Assembly (NCBI GenBank): GCA_965198115.1
Contig: OZ240241.1
Location: forward strand, 320,001-384,000
Direction: 5' to 3'
DNA length: 64,000 bases
DNA from: Candidatus Latescibacterota bacterium
Lineage (GTDB): Bacteria > Latescibacterota > UBA2968
Part shown: piece after piece, positions 1 through 9,463 of the stretch
Layout of the letters: every line of letters begins with the position of its first letter
How positions within the stretch are numbered: the first letter of the stretch is position 1
The notes under the pieces: generated by a model
Databases searched by the model: none
What the model was told of the DNA's origin: nothing
Seen by the model: the letters and a program-made list of their open reading frames with translations, nothing else
Translations under genes and position numbers: made by a program

Positions 1-414
1 CCAATCGTCCCGACTCGGGAGGTAGGGTCGAATGTGTTGGATCGGGCTCAGGGTGATCTCAGGGCCAATGATGCCTTCAACAGGGGCGAGCAGGTTCGGG
101 TTGAAGAAGAACTCGAAAACGACGGGGAGCCGTGCGTGCATCAGGTCGAGCCCTGCCGTCAAGCTTTTGATCGCGTCTTCGTCGTCTCCCGGAATCTGTT
201 CGGCCACTCGGACGAGCCTGGTGGCGAATCCTTCGTTCTCGGCGGCTGACTCGATCTTCCCCGAGGAAACGAGGCTCTGAATACGTTCGTCGATCAGCTC
301 AGCATAGGCCGATTCCAGGGGCGAGAAGTCGTCGTCGGAGAGAGCTCCCTCAACGATCAGAAAACCCTCTTTGTAGTACTGGTCGACTTGCTCCGGCGTC
401 AACGTGACAGCCAC
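1..414 (-). CDS. Phytanoyl-CoA dioxygenase (PhyH) family protein, 5' part; runs off the window start
   Basis: Not in the ORF track. Manual translation from GTG at 414 (GGAGG upstream) gives MAVTLTPEQVDQYYKEGFLIVEGALS...FFFNPNLLAPVEGIIGPEI..., the typical PhyH N-terminus (LTxEQxxxYxxxGFLxV). Confidence 0.75.
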   Translation of the reverse strand, partial: MAVTLTPEQVDQYYKEGFLIVEGALSDDDFSPLESAYAELIDERIQSLVSSGKIESAAENEGFATRLVRVAEQIPGDDEDAIKSLTAGLDLMHARLPVVFEFFFNPNLLAPVEGIIGPEITLSPIQHIRPYLPSRDDW

Positions 415-844
415 TGTTCCTCCCGTCGTTCGAATAGCGGTTTACGATAACACGGGGTGTTGGGGGTTTCAAGGAAAAAGGCAGAGGAAGGCAGACGAGC
501 AGGCGATCCTCCTTCGCGGCTGCGCCACTCGGAGGGCGGAAGGGCGTGGCAATGGCGGAGCGATATCCGATGGATTTTGACGGATCCGATCTCCCACATT
601 GGTTTTCGGATATCACGCCGAATTGAAAGATCGGTCTTACTGGCAACAGGTGTGAAAGTTCGTTGCTCACGTTGATGTCCATCGGCTGTAGCAAAAAGTG
701 TGTGTTTACGAGTATTTCGAGATCGGAATCAATGGGCACGCACTTTGCCTTCGTTGCGTGACTTGATCAGTGTTGGCAACTGCACTACCTTCACAGCACG
801 CGTCTGGGTGGGACTGCGCGTCTTCGATCATTGTGGAGATTTCT

Positions 845-1120
845 TTGGCTGAAGAACTTGGCACGCGAGACGTTCTGGAACAGGTCGATACGCGGCTGAC
901 GAACGTCGAGCAGGACATGAGGGCATTTCGCAAGGAGATGCGTGATGAGTTTGCGTTCGTGCGAAGCGAGATGCGCGAGGGGTTTGCCACACAGCGTGGA
1001 GAGACCAACGAATTCAGAGCCGAAATCAACGCACGTTTCGACAAGAATACTCGTTGCCAGACCGGGTTCGTCTTCGCAACCTGGCTGACTGTGATGGTCT
1101 CGATCTGGCTCAAACCGTAA
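845..1120 (+). CDS. Small coiled-coil protein with a C-terminal TM helix (DUF1640/CCDC90-like)
   Basis: TTG at 845 after GGAG. Heptad-like RKEMRDEFAFVRSEMREGF and hydrophobic tail FVFATWLTVMVSIWL; followed by a terminator. Confidence 0.55.
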   Translation: MAEELGTRDVLEQVDTRLTNVEQDMRAFRKEMRDEFAFVRSEMREGFATQRGETNEFRAEINARFDKNTRCQTGFVFATWLTVMVSIWLKP

Positions 1121-1141
1121 GCGAACGGCAAGGAATGAATC

Positions 1142-1171
1142 AGGGGACCGTGAGTGTTCACGGTCCCCTTT
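1142..1171 (+). terminator. Intrinsic terminator
   Basis: Perfect 12-bp stem AGGGGACCGTGA/TCACGGTCCCCT followed by a short T run. Confidence 0.7.
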
Positions 1172-1254
1172 GTCGTTTGGTGTCAAGTCAAAGCTTCAAG
1201 GGTTCAGTCGTCAGTCGTTGGAAGAAGCAATCTCACAGGCACCTGGTGAAGTGT

Positions 1255-2993
1255 CTACTCAATCTGATCGGCTGCGAGCACCGGCAATAGACGCGACGTG
1301 CCGTTATCGTCGATGATGCGAAAGCCCCTCAACATGCCGCCCCATCGTCGGGTCGTGCCAGCTTCGATTTTCCTGACCGCCCGCTCGCGGGGAGCGAGTG
1401 AGACGATGAAGTCGTGGCCGGCCGGGCTCCCGCGCGCGATGAAGAGCTCGCGGATTCCGTCGCGGGCGAGTGGCTGAGTCGATTCCAGGTTGCCCTCCCA
1501 CGCACCCGATCCTCCGCTGAACCGTTCGAGCGAGGGTTCGGGTTCGTTCAGGGCCTGATGGATCTCGGCCAGGGTGATGGGTGGGGGTGGTTCTTCGATG
1601 GGTTCGAGTTCATTGGGGTCCAAACCGGCGGAATCGGTCTTTGTGGAATCAGCTTCGGCCCCTTCGAGATCGATGATGATGAGAAGCCACACCCTCCGAG
1701 GCGCGAGGGCGTAGGCCTCTTTATAGCCGTTCAGCGCTTTTTCGCGATCCCCGTTCTCGAGATGCGTGGCCGCCTGTTGCGCCGCCCTTTCTGCTTTCTC
1801 ATCGTTGGTTTCGGCTGTGGCAGTGGCTGTTGCGGACACCGAGACATTGACGTTGATCTCGGGTGTGGCGCCCGTGGTCTTGGTGGTGACGCGCTCGATT
1901 ACCGATGCCCGCTGAGGTTGGGTTGGTGCCTTTTCCTGTGATGTGGCTGGTGAGGTTGCCGGTTCCGCCGTTGCAGACCGGGCAGGGGCCGAAGGCGGGG
2001 AGTGGCCGGGTTCGCGTTGATCTGCTGGATCGCTTCCGCGAGTGCGTGCTTGACTTCTGGGTTGGGCTCCCTCTGCGCTGCCTGATGGAGCAGTGGGATC
2101 GCTTGCGAACTGCCCTGCTGGCCGAGCGCCTCCGCGAGATTCTTCTTCTGTTGTTTAGACAGGTTTCGGGAGGGTTGGGTCAAGTGACGAGCCAGGGCAG
2201 GACCGAGTGCGGGATCGATGCGTGAGATCGCATCCTTGGCTTCTTCCTGAATGACAGGATCGGGATCCCCGAGTGCGATGATGAGCGAAGGAACGGATTG
2301 GAGCCCGCCGAATTCGCCCAGGACCTCAATGAGGATGATCTTGGAGGCTCGACTCAGGTCGATTCCTTCGAGTCCCTCGAGAGCGTCTCCGATGATGACG
2401 GCGGCTGAGGGGCCGATTTCGATGAGCAAGCCTTTCACCTTTTCGGGTGGAAGGCCGATTCTGGTGCCTTTGTCGGACAGCGCCTGGATCAGTCCGGGAA
2501 CCGCTTTCGAACCTTCGCGGAGAAGGGCCCGTTCGGCGCTCGGGTCGCCCGCCCGCAGCCTTGCGATTCGGTCGGTCTGGGTTTGAGCACGCTGATTGGC
2601 CGGGGTCGCTCGGCGTGCCCGGGGTGGTTCACTCAGGAAGATGTAGAGTCCACCGGCGATGAAGCCGAGGACGGCCAGGATGGCTGCGATGCGTTGGGCG
2701 AATGGTCCGGTCAGACGGGACGAACCGTCTTCAGGCGGTTGCTCGGTTGACGGTTCGGGCTGAGGTGCCGGTTCTGCCTCAGACGTTTCATCAGCCGTTT
2801 CCTGCGGTCTCGGCTTCGGTCTGAACGCTTCGATTTCACGCAGGCGGCCCCACGTTTCCATACCCTCGCACCAGACCAGCGTTCCCCCGTCGATTCGCTT
2901 ACGACCCAGCAGATACCGGATGTCGTCCGCAGACAGAGGCCCTTGCCGTTCTCCGCCGATCATGATGAACCACGGCTGTTCTTCTTCAGGCAC
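1255..2993 (-). pseudogene. GYF_2 (DUF4339)-TM-HEAT repeat-TPR protein with one frameshift near 1998 (real or sequencing indel)
   Basis: N-terminal WFIMIGGERQGPLS...TLVWCEGMETW (GYF_2), a TM helix and HEAT repeats. ORFs 1899..3008 and 1255..1839 join through an alternate-frame linker PPSAPARSATAEPATSP...EINVNVSVSATATA at a C run. Confidence 0.65.
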
Positions 2994-3021
2994 GTCAACC
3001 TCAACCACAAAGCTTTTTAAT

Positions 3022-4443
3022 GGCTCTATCCGGGTTTCTCAACGGTGAAACTATAGAATGACAAGGTCATAGATCGTTCCCTACGCTTGGTTGTGTGTGT
3101 AGGACAATCAAAGCGAAGGGGGTGCGACCTATGACCGGGAGCAGATTACTATCGAAACTGCTGAGATTCAAGGGGTTCCGTGTTGTCAGCTGGTGGTTTG
3201 AGGGGAGAAGCTGTTTCGTCATCGCCGTAAAGCCACATAAGAATGGTTGTGTTGTTGTCCGGAGTGCGGCCGTCGAGGTAAAATCGTCCGCACAATGCCC
3301 CATCCGCGTCGGTGGCGTGACATTCCGGTGTGCGGGTGGAGGGTCTGGCTTCTCTACCATCCTCGGGAGATTCGGTGTCCTACCCACGGTCGTGTGGTCG
3401 AGGAGATTCCGTGGGCGGAGCGGTTCTCTCGGGTGACGTATCGCTTCGAGTATGCCATGCTGCGCTACTGCCAGACCATGACGCAGAAGGCGGCGTCCGA
3501 GTTGCTGCGCATCTCTGCCTCGACGCTGTCGGATCTCCTTCACCGATCCATCACGCGGCTTCGTGAAGGTCATCGTATCCGAGGGCTCAAAACCATCGGG
3601 ATCGACGAGATCTCCTACGCCAAGCGTCACAGGTACGCCACGCTCGTTTACGATCTGGACCGCTCCTGCGTGGTGTGGGTTGGCCGCGGCAGGGCGCGTA
3701 AAACGATCGATCGGTTCTTCACAGAGGCTCTCAGTCCCTACCAGAGATCCAAGATCGAGTGGGCCTGCTGCGACATGAGCGAAGCTTACATCGGAGCCAT
3801 CCAGGAACACTGTCCGAATGCCAAGCTGGTCCTCGATCGCTTTCACATCGTCAAGGCTCTCAATGCCGCCGTTGACGAGGTCCGTAAGGACCAGTGGCGT
3901 AAAGCTGCCCCGGATGAGCGCAAAGCCATGAAGGGCCTCCGATGGCTCCTCTACCGGCACTCAGCGACACGCTCCAGAGGGGATACTCGGACACTCAAAG
4001 CACTGGAGGAGGCGAACTACCGAATCTATAGAGCCTGGAGACTCAAGGACGAGTTCGAGCAGTTCTGGGAATACAAAGCGCCCTGGGCTGCCGAACGCTT
4101 CCTGAAATGCTGGACGACGTCCGCACTCAGAAGTCGACTTGAACCCCTGCGAAAGTTCGTCAGGACCCTGCGACAGCACTTCTTCGGCGTCCTCGCATTC
4201 GTGAACACGCGTCTTACCAACGCCATCGCCGAAGGCCTCAACCGAATCGTCCAAATCGTCAAGAACCGAGCCAGCGGATTCCGCACACTCGACGCATTCA
4301 ACGATATGATCTTCCTTACCGTCGGAGACATAAACATCCCTGAGCAGATTCCGAAGAGGTTCCGCACACTCTAACCGCGCCCCCATGCCAGGAACCACGG
4401 CACCTTCACCCACTTCATCTCGTTGAGAGATCCGGATATAGCC
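3022..4443 (+). mobile_element. ISL3-family IS, copy 1 (1422 bp)
   Basis: Imperfect IRs GGCTCTATCCGGGTTTCTCAAC / GTTGAGAGATCCGGATATAGCC; near-perfect 8-bp AT-rich TSD (TTTTTAAT/ATTTTAAT); nearly identical to the copies at 59643 and 61072. Confidence 0.95.
3131..4374 (+). pseudogene. ISL3 transposase, frameshifted by a 2-bp GT insertion near 3250
   Basis: CPECG zinc finger and GIDE, CDM, DRFHIV and AEGLN motifs; 2 bp longer than the intact copies 2 and 3. Confidence 0.85.
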
Positions 4444-4551
4444 ATTTTAATACAACTGGTTAGGGATGATTAATTATAGGATCGGCGAAGGCGGAGGGCA
4501 AGAAAGCGAAGCTGTTAGGCCCGTCGGGAAGACAGCGCCCGTGTGCGGGCC

Positions 4552-5385
4552 CTATTGGAGACCGAGGACGCGGCCGTAGATTTCGGTGGCGCGCATTCGG
4601 ACGGTGAGGTCGGGGTCGCCCTGCATAGCGGAGGCGAGGAAGGGGAGACCGGCGCGGTCGCGAACGAGGCCCAGAGACTTGACGACCTCGAGACGAACGC
4701 TCGTGTTTTTCTCGACACCGGCGACCAGGGCTTCACCCAGTACACTGGCGACCTGACGTTCCTTCTTGCCGATTTCGCCGAGCGCGTCGGCAGACGACAT
4801 TCGGATGGTGAAGTCACGGTCGTTGAGAAGGGCTTCGTGGAGGGGTTGCACGCTGAACTGCGTGCCGATCTTGCGGAGCATACGAACAGCCTCGAGGCGC
4901 ACACCCAGATCGCCGTCGTTGCGGAGCGCCTCCTGAATGTAGGGGACGGCGAAGACGGTGCCGGCGTAACGCAGGGCTTCGACGGTCCGCATTCGCACGG
5001 TGACGTCCCGGTCTCGGAGCGAGATGCCGAGCGTCTCGAGCGCTTGACGGCCCCCGATGTCACCCAGCCCCTTGGCCGCTTCGGAGCGAACGGCCGCGGA
5101 TCGCTCGAGATCGTCGTCGACGGCTCTTCGAAGAAGAAGGGCGGCCATAGGACCTCCGACGAGCGCGAGTGAATGAACGGCCTTGATACGGACGGCCTCT
5201 TCGCGAGCGTCGAGCTGGGCGAACAGGGGACTCAGTTCCTGAGGATAGCTGCCGGCCGTGACGATGGTTTGATACTTTTCCACCGTCTCCTGGTTCAGGT
5301 TGTCCATCTGGGTCGGCTGCTGGGCTCGGATGGTTGTCGCACTCAGGAGGACGACGATGAGGATGGGGAACGATTTTCCGATCAT
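4552..5385 (-). CDS. Secreted HEAT/PBS-lyase repeat protein
   Basis: Signal peptide MIGKSFPILIVVLLSATTIRA; repeats of VRxxAxxALGxIG; ATGA overlap with the upstream gene. Confidence 0.8.
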   Translation of the reverse strand: MIGKSFPILIVVLLSATTIRAQQPTQMDNLNQETVEKYQTIVTAGSYPQELSPLFAQLDAREEAVRIKAVHSLALVGGPMAALLLRRAVDDDLERSAAVRSEAAKGLGDIGGRQALETLGISLRDRDVTVRMRTVEALRYAGTVFAVPYIQEALRNDGDLGVRLEAVRMLRKIGTQFSVQPLHEALLNDRDFTIRMSSADALGEIGKKERQVASVLGEALVAGVEKNTSVRLEVVKSLGLVRDRAGLPFLASAMQGDPDLTVRMRATEIYGRVLGLQ

Positions 5386-6125
5386 GGTTGAATTTCGATG
5401 CGATCCACGCACTTGACGTTGGCACAGCGGTCATCGCCGCCGGGTATGAACAGTCTGATGGGACCGCCAAAACGAGCCGGAAGTGGCCCGTTATCTTGCT
5501 TGAAAACGAGAAACCCGTCAAATCGCGCCTGTTTGAACGAAACTTCAGCCGAAAAGTCGCTTCCGGACCGGAAAACGAGGCTTCCCTCGTGGTTGGTGTA
5601 GCCGATGTGATCCAGCAAAACGCGGACCGGCAAGGCCTCGCCCTGTCGTCCTGCGACCCTGGCGCCGATGTCGGGCAGATGGTCGGGGAGAGCGTCCAGG
5701 TCGCCGTAGGCGAACCCGTGCTCCCGGCCGTCTGCACCGACCATGGTTAGGATCGGCATCTCCGGGGTTCGGCTCGACTCCGCCGCAGCCGTCATGACGC
5801 GCTCTTCGGTCACTTCGGCGATGCGACGGTCGTAGCCGACGGGTGCGGCCAGGGTCAGCGTCGTATTCGGGTGACGCGCACTGCCGGCTTGGAGCGCTTC
5901 CTCGAGCAGGGTCTGTTCCCCGGGCAGGAGTTGGAGAAAGAACGGCAGTAGGACGATCGGCTCGGCTTCGGTGGTGGACATCTTGTCGAGCACAGTTGGA
6001 AGGCACTTGTGGAGTTCCTCGATCAGGACGTGTGCGACCCGAAACGAGGTGAGCGCCTGGACGGTCTGATTCAGCGGAGGGTCGTCCCGACGGCTCACGA
6101 TGATGACGGCGGGTTTTGAGGACAT
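5382..6125 (-). CDS. CbiX/SirB-like domain (His ligands lost) fused to a molybdopterin-oxidoreductase (Oxidored_molyb)-like domain
   Basis: IVLLPFFL...HPNTTLTLAAPVGYDRRIAEVTEER (CbiX fold); C-terminal GPLPARFGGPIRLFIPG...NVKCVDRIEI. Confidence 0.65.
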   Translation of the reverse strand: MSSKPAVIIVSRRDDPPLNQTVQALTSFRVAHVLIEELHKCLPTVLDKMSTTEAEPIVLLPFFLQLLPGEQTLLEEALQAGSARHPNTTLTLAAPVGYDRRIAEVTEERVMTAAAESSRTPEMPILTMVGADGREHGFAYGDLDALPDHLPDIGARVAGRQGEALPVRVLLDHIGYTNHEGSLVFRSGSDFSAEVSFKQARFDGFLVFKQDNGPLPARFGGPIRLFIPGGDDRCANVKCVDRIEIQP

Positions 6126-6130
6126 AGCCT

Positions 6131-6331
6131 ATGGTGATGTGGGGGTCGTTGGCGGTTGGATGGACTGAGACGTGGCAGGGGTTCGGTGAGTTGCCCCTGT
6201 TCGTGCAAGTCGTGCTGTTAGCCTGGTCGGCGATCGTGATCCTCGCCGGAGGCAGCTTCCTGCTGCGTGTGTTTCGGGGTGCGTGGCGGCCGCCGCGTCT
6301 CGACCGCGATCAGAAATCGCGGCGAGCGTAG
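6131..6331 (+). CDS. Possible small membrane protein
   Basis: One hydrophobic helix LFVQVVLLAWSAIVILAGGSFLL followed by a basic tail; fills the intergenic gap. Confidence 0.4.
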   Translation: MVMWGSLAVGWTETWQGFGELPLFVQVVLLAWSAIVILAGGSFLLRVFRGAWRPPRLDRDQKSRRA

Positions 6332-6561
6332 TCAAGGGCCATCAATTCGAATGCGTTCATGAGGTAGACGTCGCGCACGTCGGGCTCGAGCGTTTCGACC
6401 ATCTGTTTGGCGAGTTGAGGCACATCGATCTGGAGCTGGTCGTGGAGATGGTCGCCTCCGTCGAGCGGATCGCCGTGCTTCTGATTGTAAGATTCGAGCG
6501 CCGCCCGGTAGATGGCCGTGGCGAGTTTTCGCGGGTCGCCGTCGAGCTGAATGTTGTCCAT
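6310..6561 (-). CDS. Hypothetical protein (83 aa)
   Basis: ATG at 6561 after GAGGA, directly downstream of thyA; helical sequence MDNIQLDGDPRKLATAIYRAALESY. Confidence 0.6.
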   Translation of the reverse strand: MDNIQLDGDPRKLATAIYRAALESYNQKHGDPLDGGDHLHDQLQIDVPQLAKQMVETLEPDVRDVYLMNAFELMALDYARRDF

Positions 6562-6574
6562 CGATTCCTCGGTT

Positions 6575-7411
6575 TTACACGGCCATTTCCGCCCGGATGG
6601 CGGGATGGCTCTCGTAGTCGACGAGCTCGAAGTCGTCGAAGACGAAGTCATCGATCTCGCTCTGACCCCGGTCGGCGATGTGGAGCGTTGGCAGTGGCAA
6701 AGGCTCGCGGCTCAACTGTTCGTCGACCGCGTCGAGGTGATTCAGGTAGATGTGCGCATCTCCGAGCGTATGGACGAACTCCCCGGGCGTCAGGACCGTT
6801 ACGCGGGCGACCATATGCAACAGGATCGCGTAGGATGCGATGTTGAGCGGGACGCCCAGAAACATATCGCAGGACCGTTGATACATCTGTAGCGAAAGTC
6901 GTCCATCGGCCACGTAGAACTGAAAAAAGTTGTGGCACGGTGGGAGCGCCACCTCGGTGAGGTCGATTTCGGCGGCGTTCCACGCGTTGACCATCATACG
7001 CCGCGACCCGGGGTCGTTGCGAATCAGATCGATGGCTTCCTGCAGCTGATCGACGACCTTTCCGTTTCCTCGCCACGCCCGCCACTGGACGCCGTAGATC
7101 CTGCCCATGCTCCCGTCATTCCCGTCGATGTTGAGCCGTTCGAGGTAGTCCTCGTAGTTTCCGTCCCACAGCTTGTTGTGAGCGTAGATCGATTTCAGAT
7201 CGTTGATGTTGTCGCTGCCCGACACGAACCAGAGCAGCTCGGACACCATCGATTTCCAGACGAGTTTCTTGGTCGTGACAGCAGGGAAGGTCTCGCTCAG
7301 GTCGTAGCGAGCTTGAAAGCCGAAGGCGGACAGCGTTCCGACACCGGTGCGATCTTCCTTCCGGACCCCGTGTTCACGGATATAGCGAAGCTGATCGAGA
7401 TAGGCGTGCAA
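6575..7411 (-). CDS. thyA: Thymidylate synthase
   Basis: DRTGVGT, ELLWF, LPPCH and YQRSCDMFLGVPLNIASY motifs; the TTG start is approximate. Confidence 0.97.
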   Translation of the reverse strand: MHAYLDQLRYIREHGVRKEDRTGVGTLSAFGFQARYDLSETFPAVTTKKLVWKSMVSELLWFVSGSDNINDLKSIYAHNKLWDGNYEDYLERLNIDGNDGSMGRIYGVQWRAWRGNGKVVDQLQEAIDLIRNDPGSRRMMVNAWNAAEIDLTEVALPPCHNFFQFYVADGRLSLQMYQRSCDMFLGVPLNIASYAILLHMVARVTVLTPGEFVHTLGDAHIYLNHLDAVDEQLSREPLPLPTLHIADRGQSEIDDFVFDDFELVDYESHPAIRAEMAV

Positions 7412-7449
7412 GAGAAGCTCTCGGTAGGGTGAAGGTGAACCTTGGGGAG

Positions 7450-7917
7450 TTACCCGGTCTTGCGATGGTATTCGACACAACGGAATTCGGGATGGTCATC
7501 TTCGTGGACGACGTCCCAGTCCGATTCGTCGAAGTCGGGAAAGTGGGTGTCGCCCCGGTAGTCGCCCTTAACGTAGGAGAGGATCATGCGATCGGCAAGC
7601 GGGAGGGCCTGATCGTAGATCTGGCCTCCGCCCATTACGAAGACTTCGCGACCGTAGGTTGCCGCTTGCGTGAGGGCCTGTTCGAGAGACGGACAGACGT
7701 CGACACCGACGATCGGTTCGAGTGTGCGACTGACGACGACGTGGGGCCGGTGCGGCAACGGCTTCGAACCGATGGATTCGAACGTCTTTCTTCCCATGAC
7801 GAGCGTTCCCTTCTGCGTCGTTCGGAAGAAGTGAGCAGACTCCGTTTTGATTTTCCACGGCATGTCGTTGTCGCGTCCGATGACTCGATCCTTCGTCATA
7901 GCGGCGATGATGGTCAT
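7450..7917 (-). CDS. folA: Dihydrofolate reductase
   Basis: IIAAMTKDRVIGRDNDMPW, VMGRKTFESIG, VMGGGQIY and GDTHFP motifs; ATGA overlap with the rimO stop. Confidence 0.95.
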   Translation of the reverse strand: MTIIAAMTKDRVIGRDNDMPWKIKTESAHFFRTTQKGTLVMGRKTFESIGSKPLPHRPHVVVSRTLEPIVGVDVCPSLEQALTQAATYGREVFVMGGGQIYDQALPLADRMILSYVKGDYRGDTHFPDFDESDWDVVHEDDHPEFRCVEYHRKTG

Positions 7918-9275
7918 CGGACGGGACCCACGGGTTCGACGGCGATGAGAGAGGACGGTGCAGCCTTCTCGACGCGCAGGATGCGGCCATACAGATCGTA
8001 GCCGGACGCGTCGGTGATCTCGGCTTCCACGAAGGTGCCCGTCTCGCCCTCCCCGGTGAGAAAGACGGCTCCGTCGATTTCGGGCGCGTCCATCCGGGTG
8101 CGACCGATCCAATCCACGCCTGCAGTCTGCCCGGGCTCGTCGATCAGGACACGAAATCGCGTCCCAATGTGTCCGAGGTTCGTTTCGGTCGCGATTTCCT
8201 CCTGGAGCGCCGTGACGCGGGCCATTCGCTCCTGTTTGACGTCTTCGGAGACATCATCCTCCAGATCGCCGGCGGCGGTGTTCTCCTCGTGCGAGTAGGT
8301 GAAGCCGACGAGTCGGTTGAAGCGCACGTCCTCGAGGAATCCGAGAAGCTCTTCGAACCGGGCCTCGGTTTCGCCGGGATAACCGACGATGACGGAGGAC
8401 CGGATGGTCAGGTCGGGGACGGCGTCGCGTAGTCGCTTGACGAGCGACTCGATGGCGTTTCGTGTCGTGCCACGATTCATCGATCGGAGGATGGTGTCAT
8501 CCGCGTGTTGGATCGGCATGTCGACGTAGGCACACAGCTTAGGTTCGCTGGCGAGGAGCTCGACGAGGTCGTCACGCCAACCGGTCGGGTAGGTGTAGAG
8601 CAGACGGATCCATTCGATGCCGTCGACGGCGACGAGTTTTCTGAGAAGCTCGACGAGCCGTGGGCTTCCGTAGAGGTCGGTGCCGTAACGCATCGTGTCC
8701 TGGGCGATGAGCGCGAGCTCTCGACATCCGTGGGCAGCCAGGCGGTGGGCCTCGGCGACGAGTCGTTCGATTGAGAGGCTGGCGTGAGGGCCCCGGATGC
8801 CCGGGATGGCGCAGAATGCGCACGTTCGGTCGCAGCCGTCGGCAATGCGTAAGTAAGCCCAGTGCGCGGGTGTGTGTAGGTGCCGGGCGTCGAGTGCTTT
8901 GAGAGGACCTTCACGACGTCGTCCGAGCAACCGGTCGCAGTGCTCGACGATGCGCGACTCTTCAGCCAGTCCGATGATGAGGTCGGCCTCGGTCAGTTCG
9001 TCCCGGAGTTCGGTGTTGTATCTCTGGGCGAGACACCCTGTCACGATCAGACCCCGGCACCTGCCGTCGCGCTTGAAGTCGGCTGCATCCAAAGCTGTCG
9101 AGATCGACTCTTCCTTGGCCGGCTGGATGAAGCCGCACGTGTTGACGACGATGACGTCGGCCTCGTCGGGTCGCTCGGAGACGGCATAGCCGTTGAGCTC
9201 CAGGAGCCGGTGCATGTGCTCGGAATCGACCGTGTTTTTGGGGCATCCGAGCGTGATGATGCTGACGATGTCCAT
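7914..9275 (-). CDS. rimO: Ribosomal protein S12 methylthiotransferase RimO
   Basis: LGCPKNTVDSE, NTCGFI and radical-SAM CDRTCAFC motifs; TRAM domain with DAPEIDG. Confidence 0.95.
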   Translation of the reverse strand: MDIVSIITLGCPKNTVDSEHMHRLLELNGYAVSERPDEADVIVVNTCGFIQPAKEESISTALDAADFKRDGRCRGLIVTGCLAQRYNTELRDELTEADLIIGLAEESRIVEHCDRLLGRRREGPLKALDARHLHTPAHWAYLRIADGCDRTCAFCAIPGIRGPHASLSIERLVAEAHRLAAHGCRELALIAQDTMRYGTDLYGSPRLVELLRKLVAVDGIEWIRLLYTYPTGWRDDLVELLASEPKLCAYVDMPIQHADDTILRSMNRGTTRNAIESLVKRLRDAVPDLTIRSSVIVGYPGETEARFEELLGFLEDVRFNRLVGFTYSHEENTAAGDLEDDVSEDVKQERMARVTALQEEIATETNLGHIGTRFRVLIDEPGQTAGVDWIGRTRMDAPEIDGAVFLTGEGETGTFVEAEITDASGYDLYGRILRVEKAAPSSLIAVEPVGPVR

Positions 9276-9463
9276 CGATGGTGAAAGAATCGGATGTCGG
9301 TGACGTTGTGTCAAGGCATCGAGGATCGAGAATCGAGAATTGAACGAATGCTCGGGCGCCGGGACATTGTGATTGCGCGGGTGGATGCGACCTGCTACTT
9401 TTCCGCAGTGCTGATGGGTCGCCTGGGTTCCGCCCGGGCGTTTTTATTGATCGGTGAGATGAC

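Noticed and set aside
505-615. Palindromic or REP-like segments (CCTCC...GGAGG; GATATCCGA...TCGGATATC)
   Set aside because: Single short occurrences in the window, not enough to call an element.
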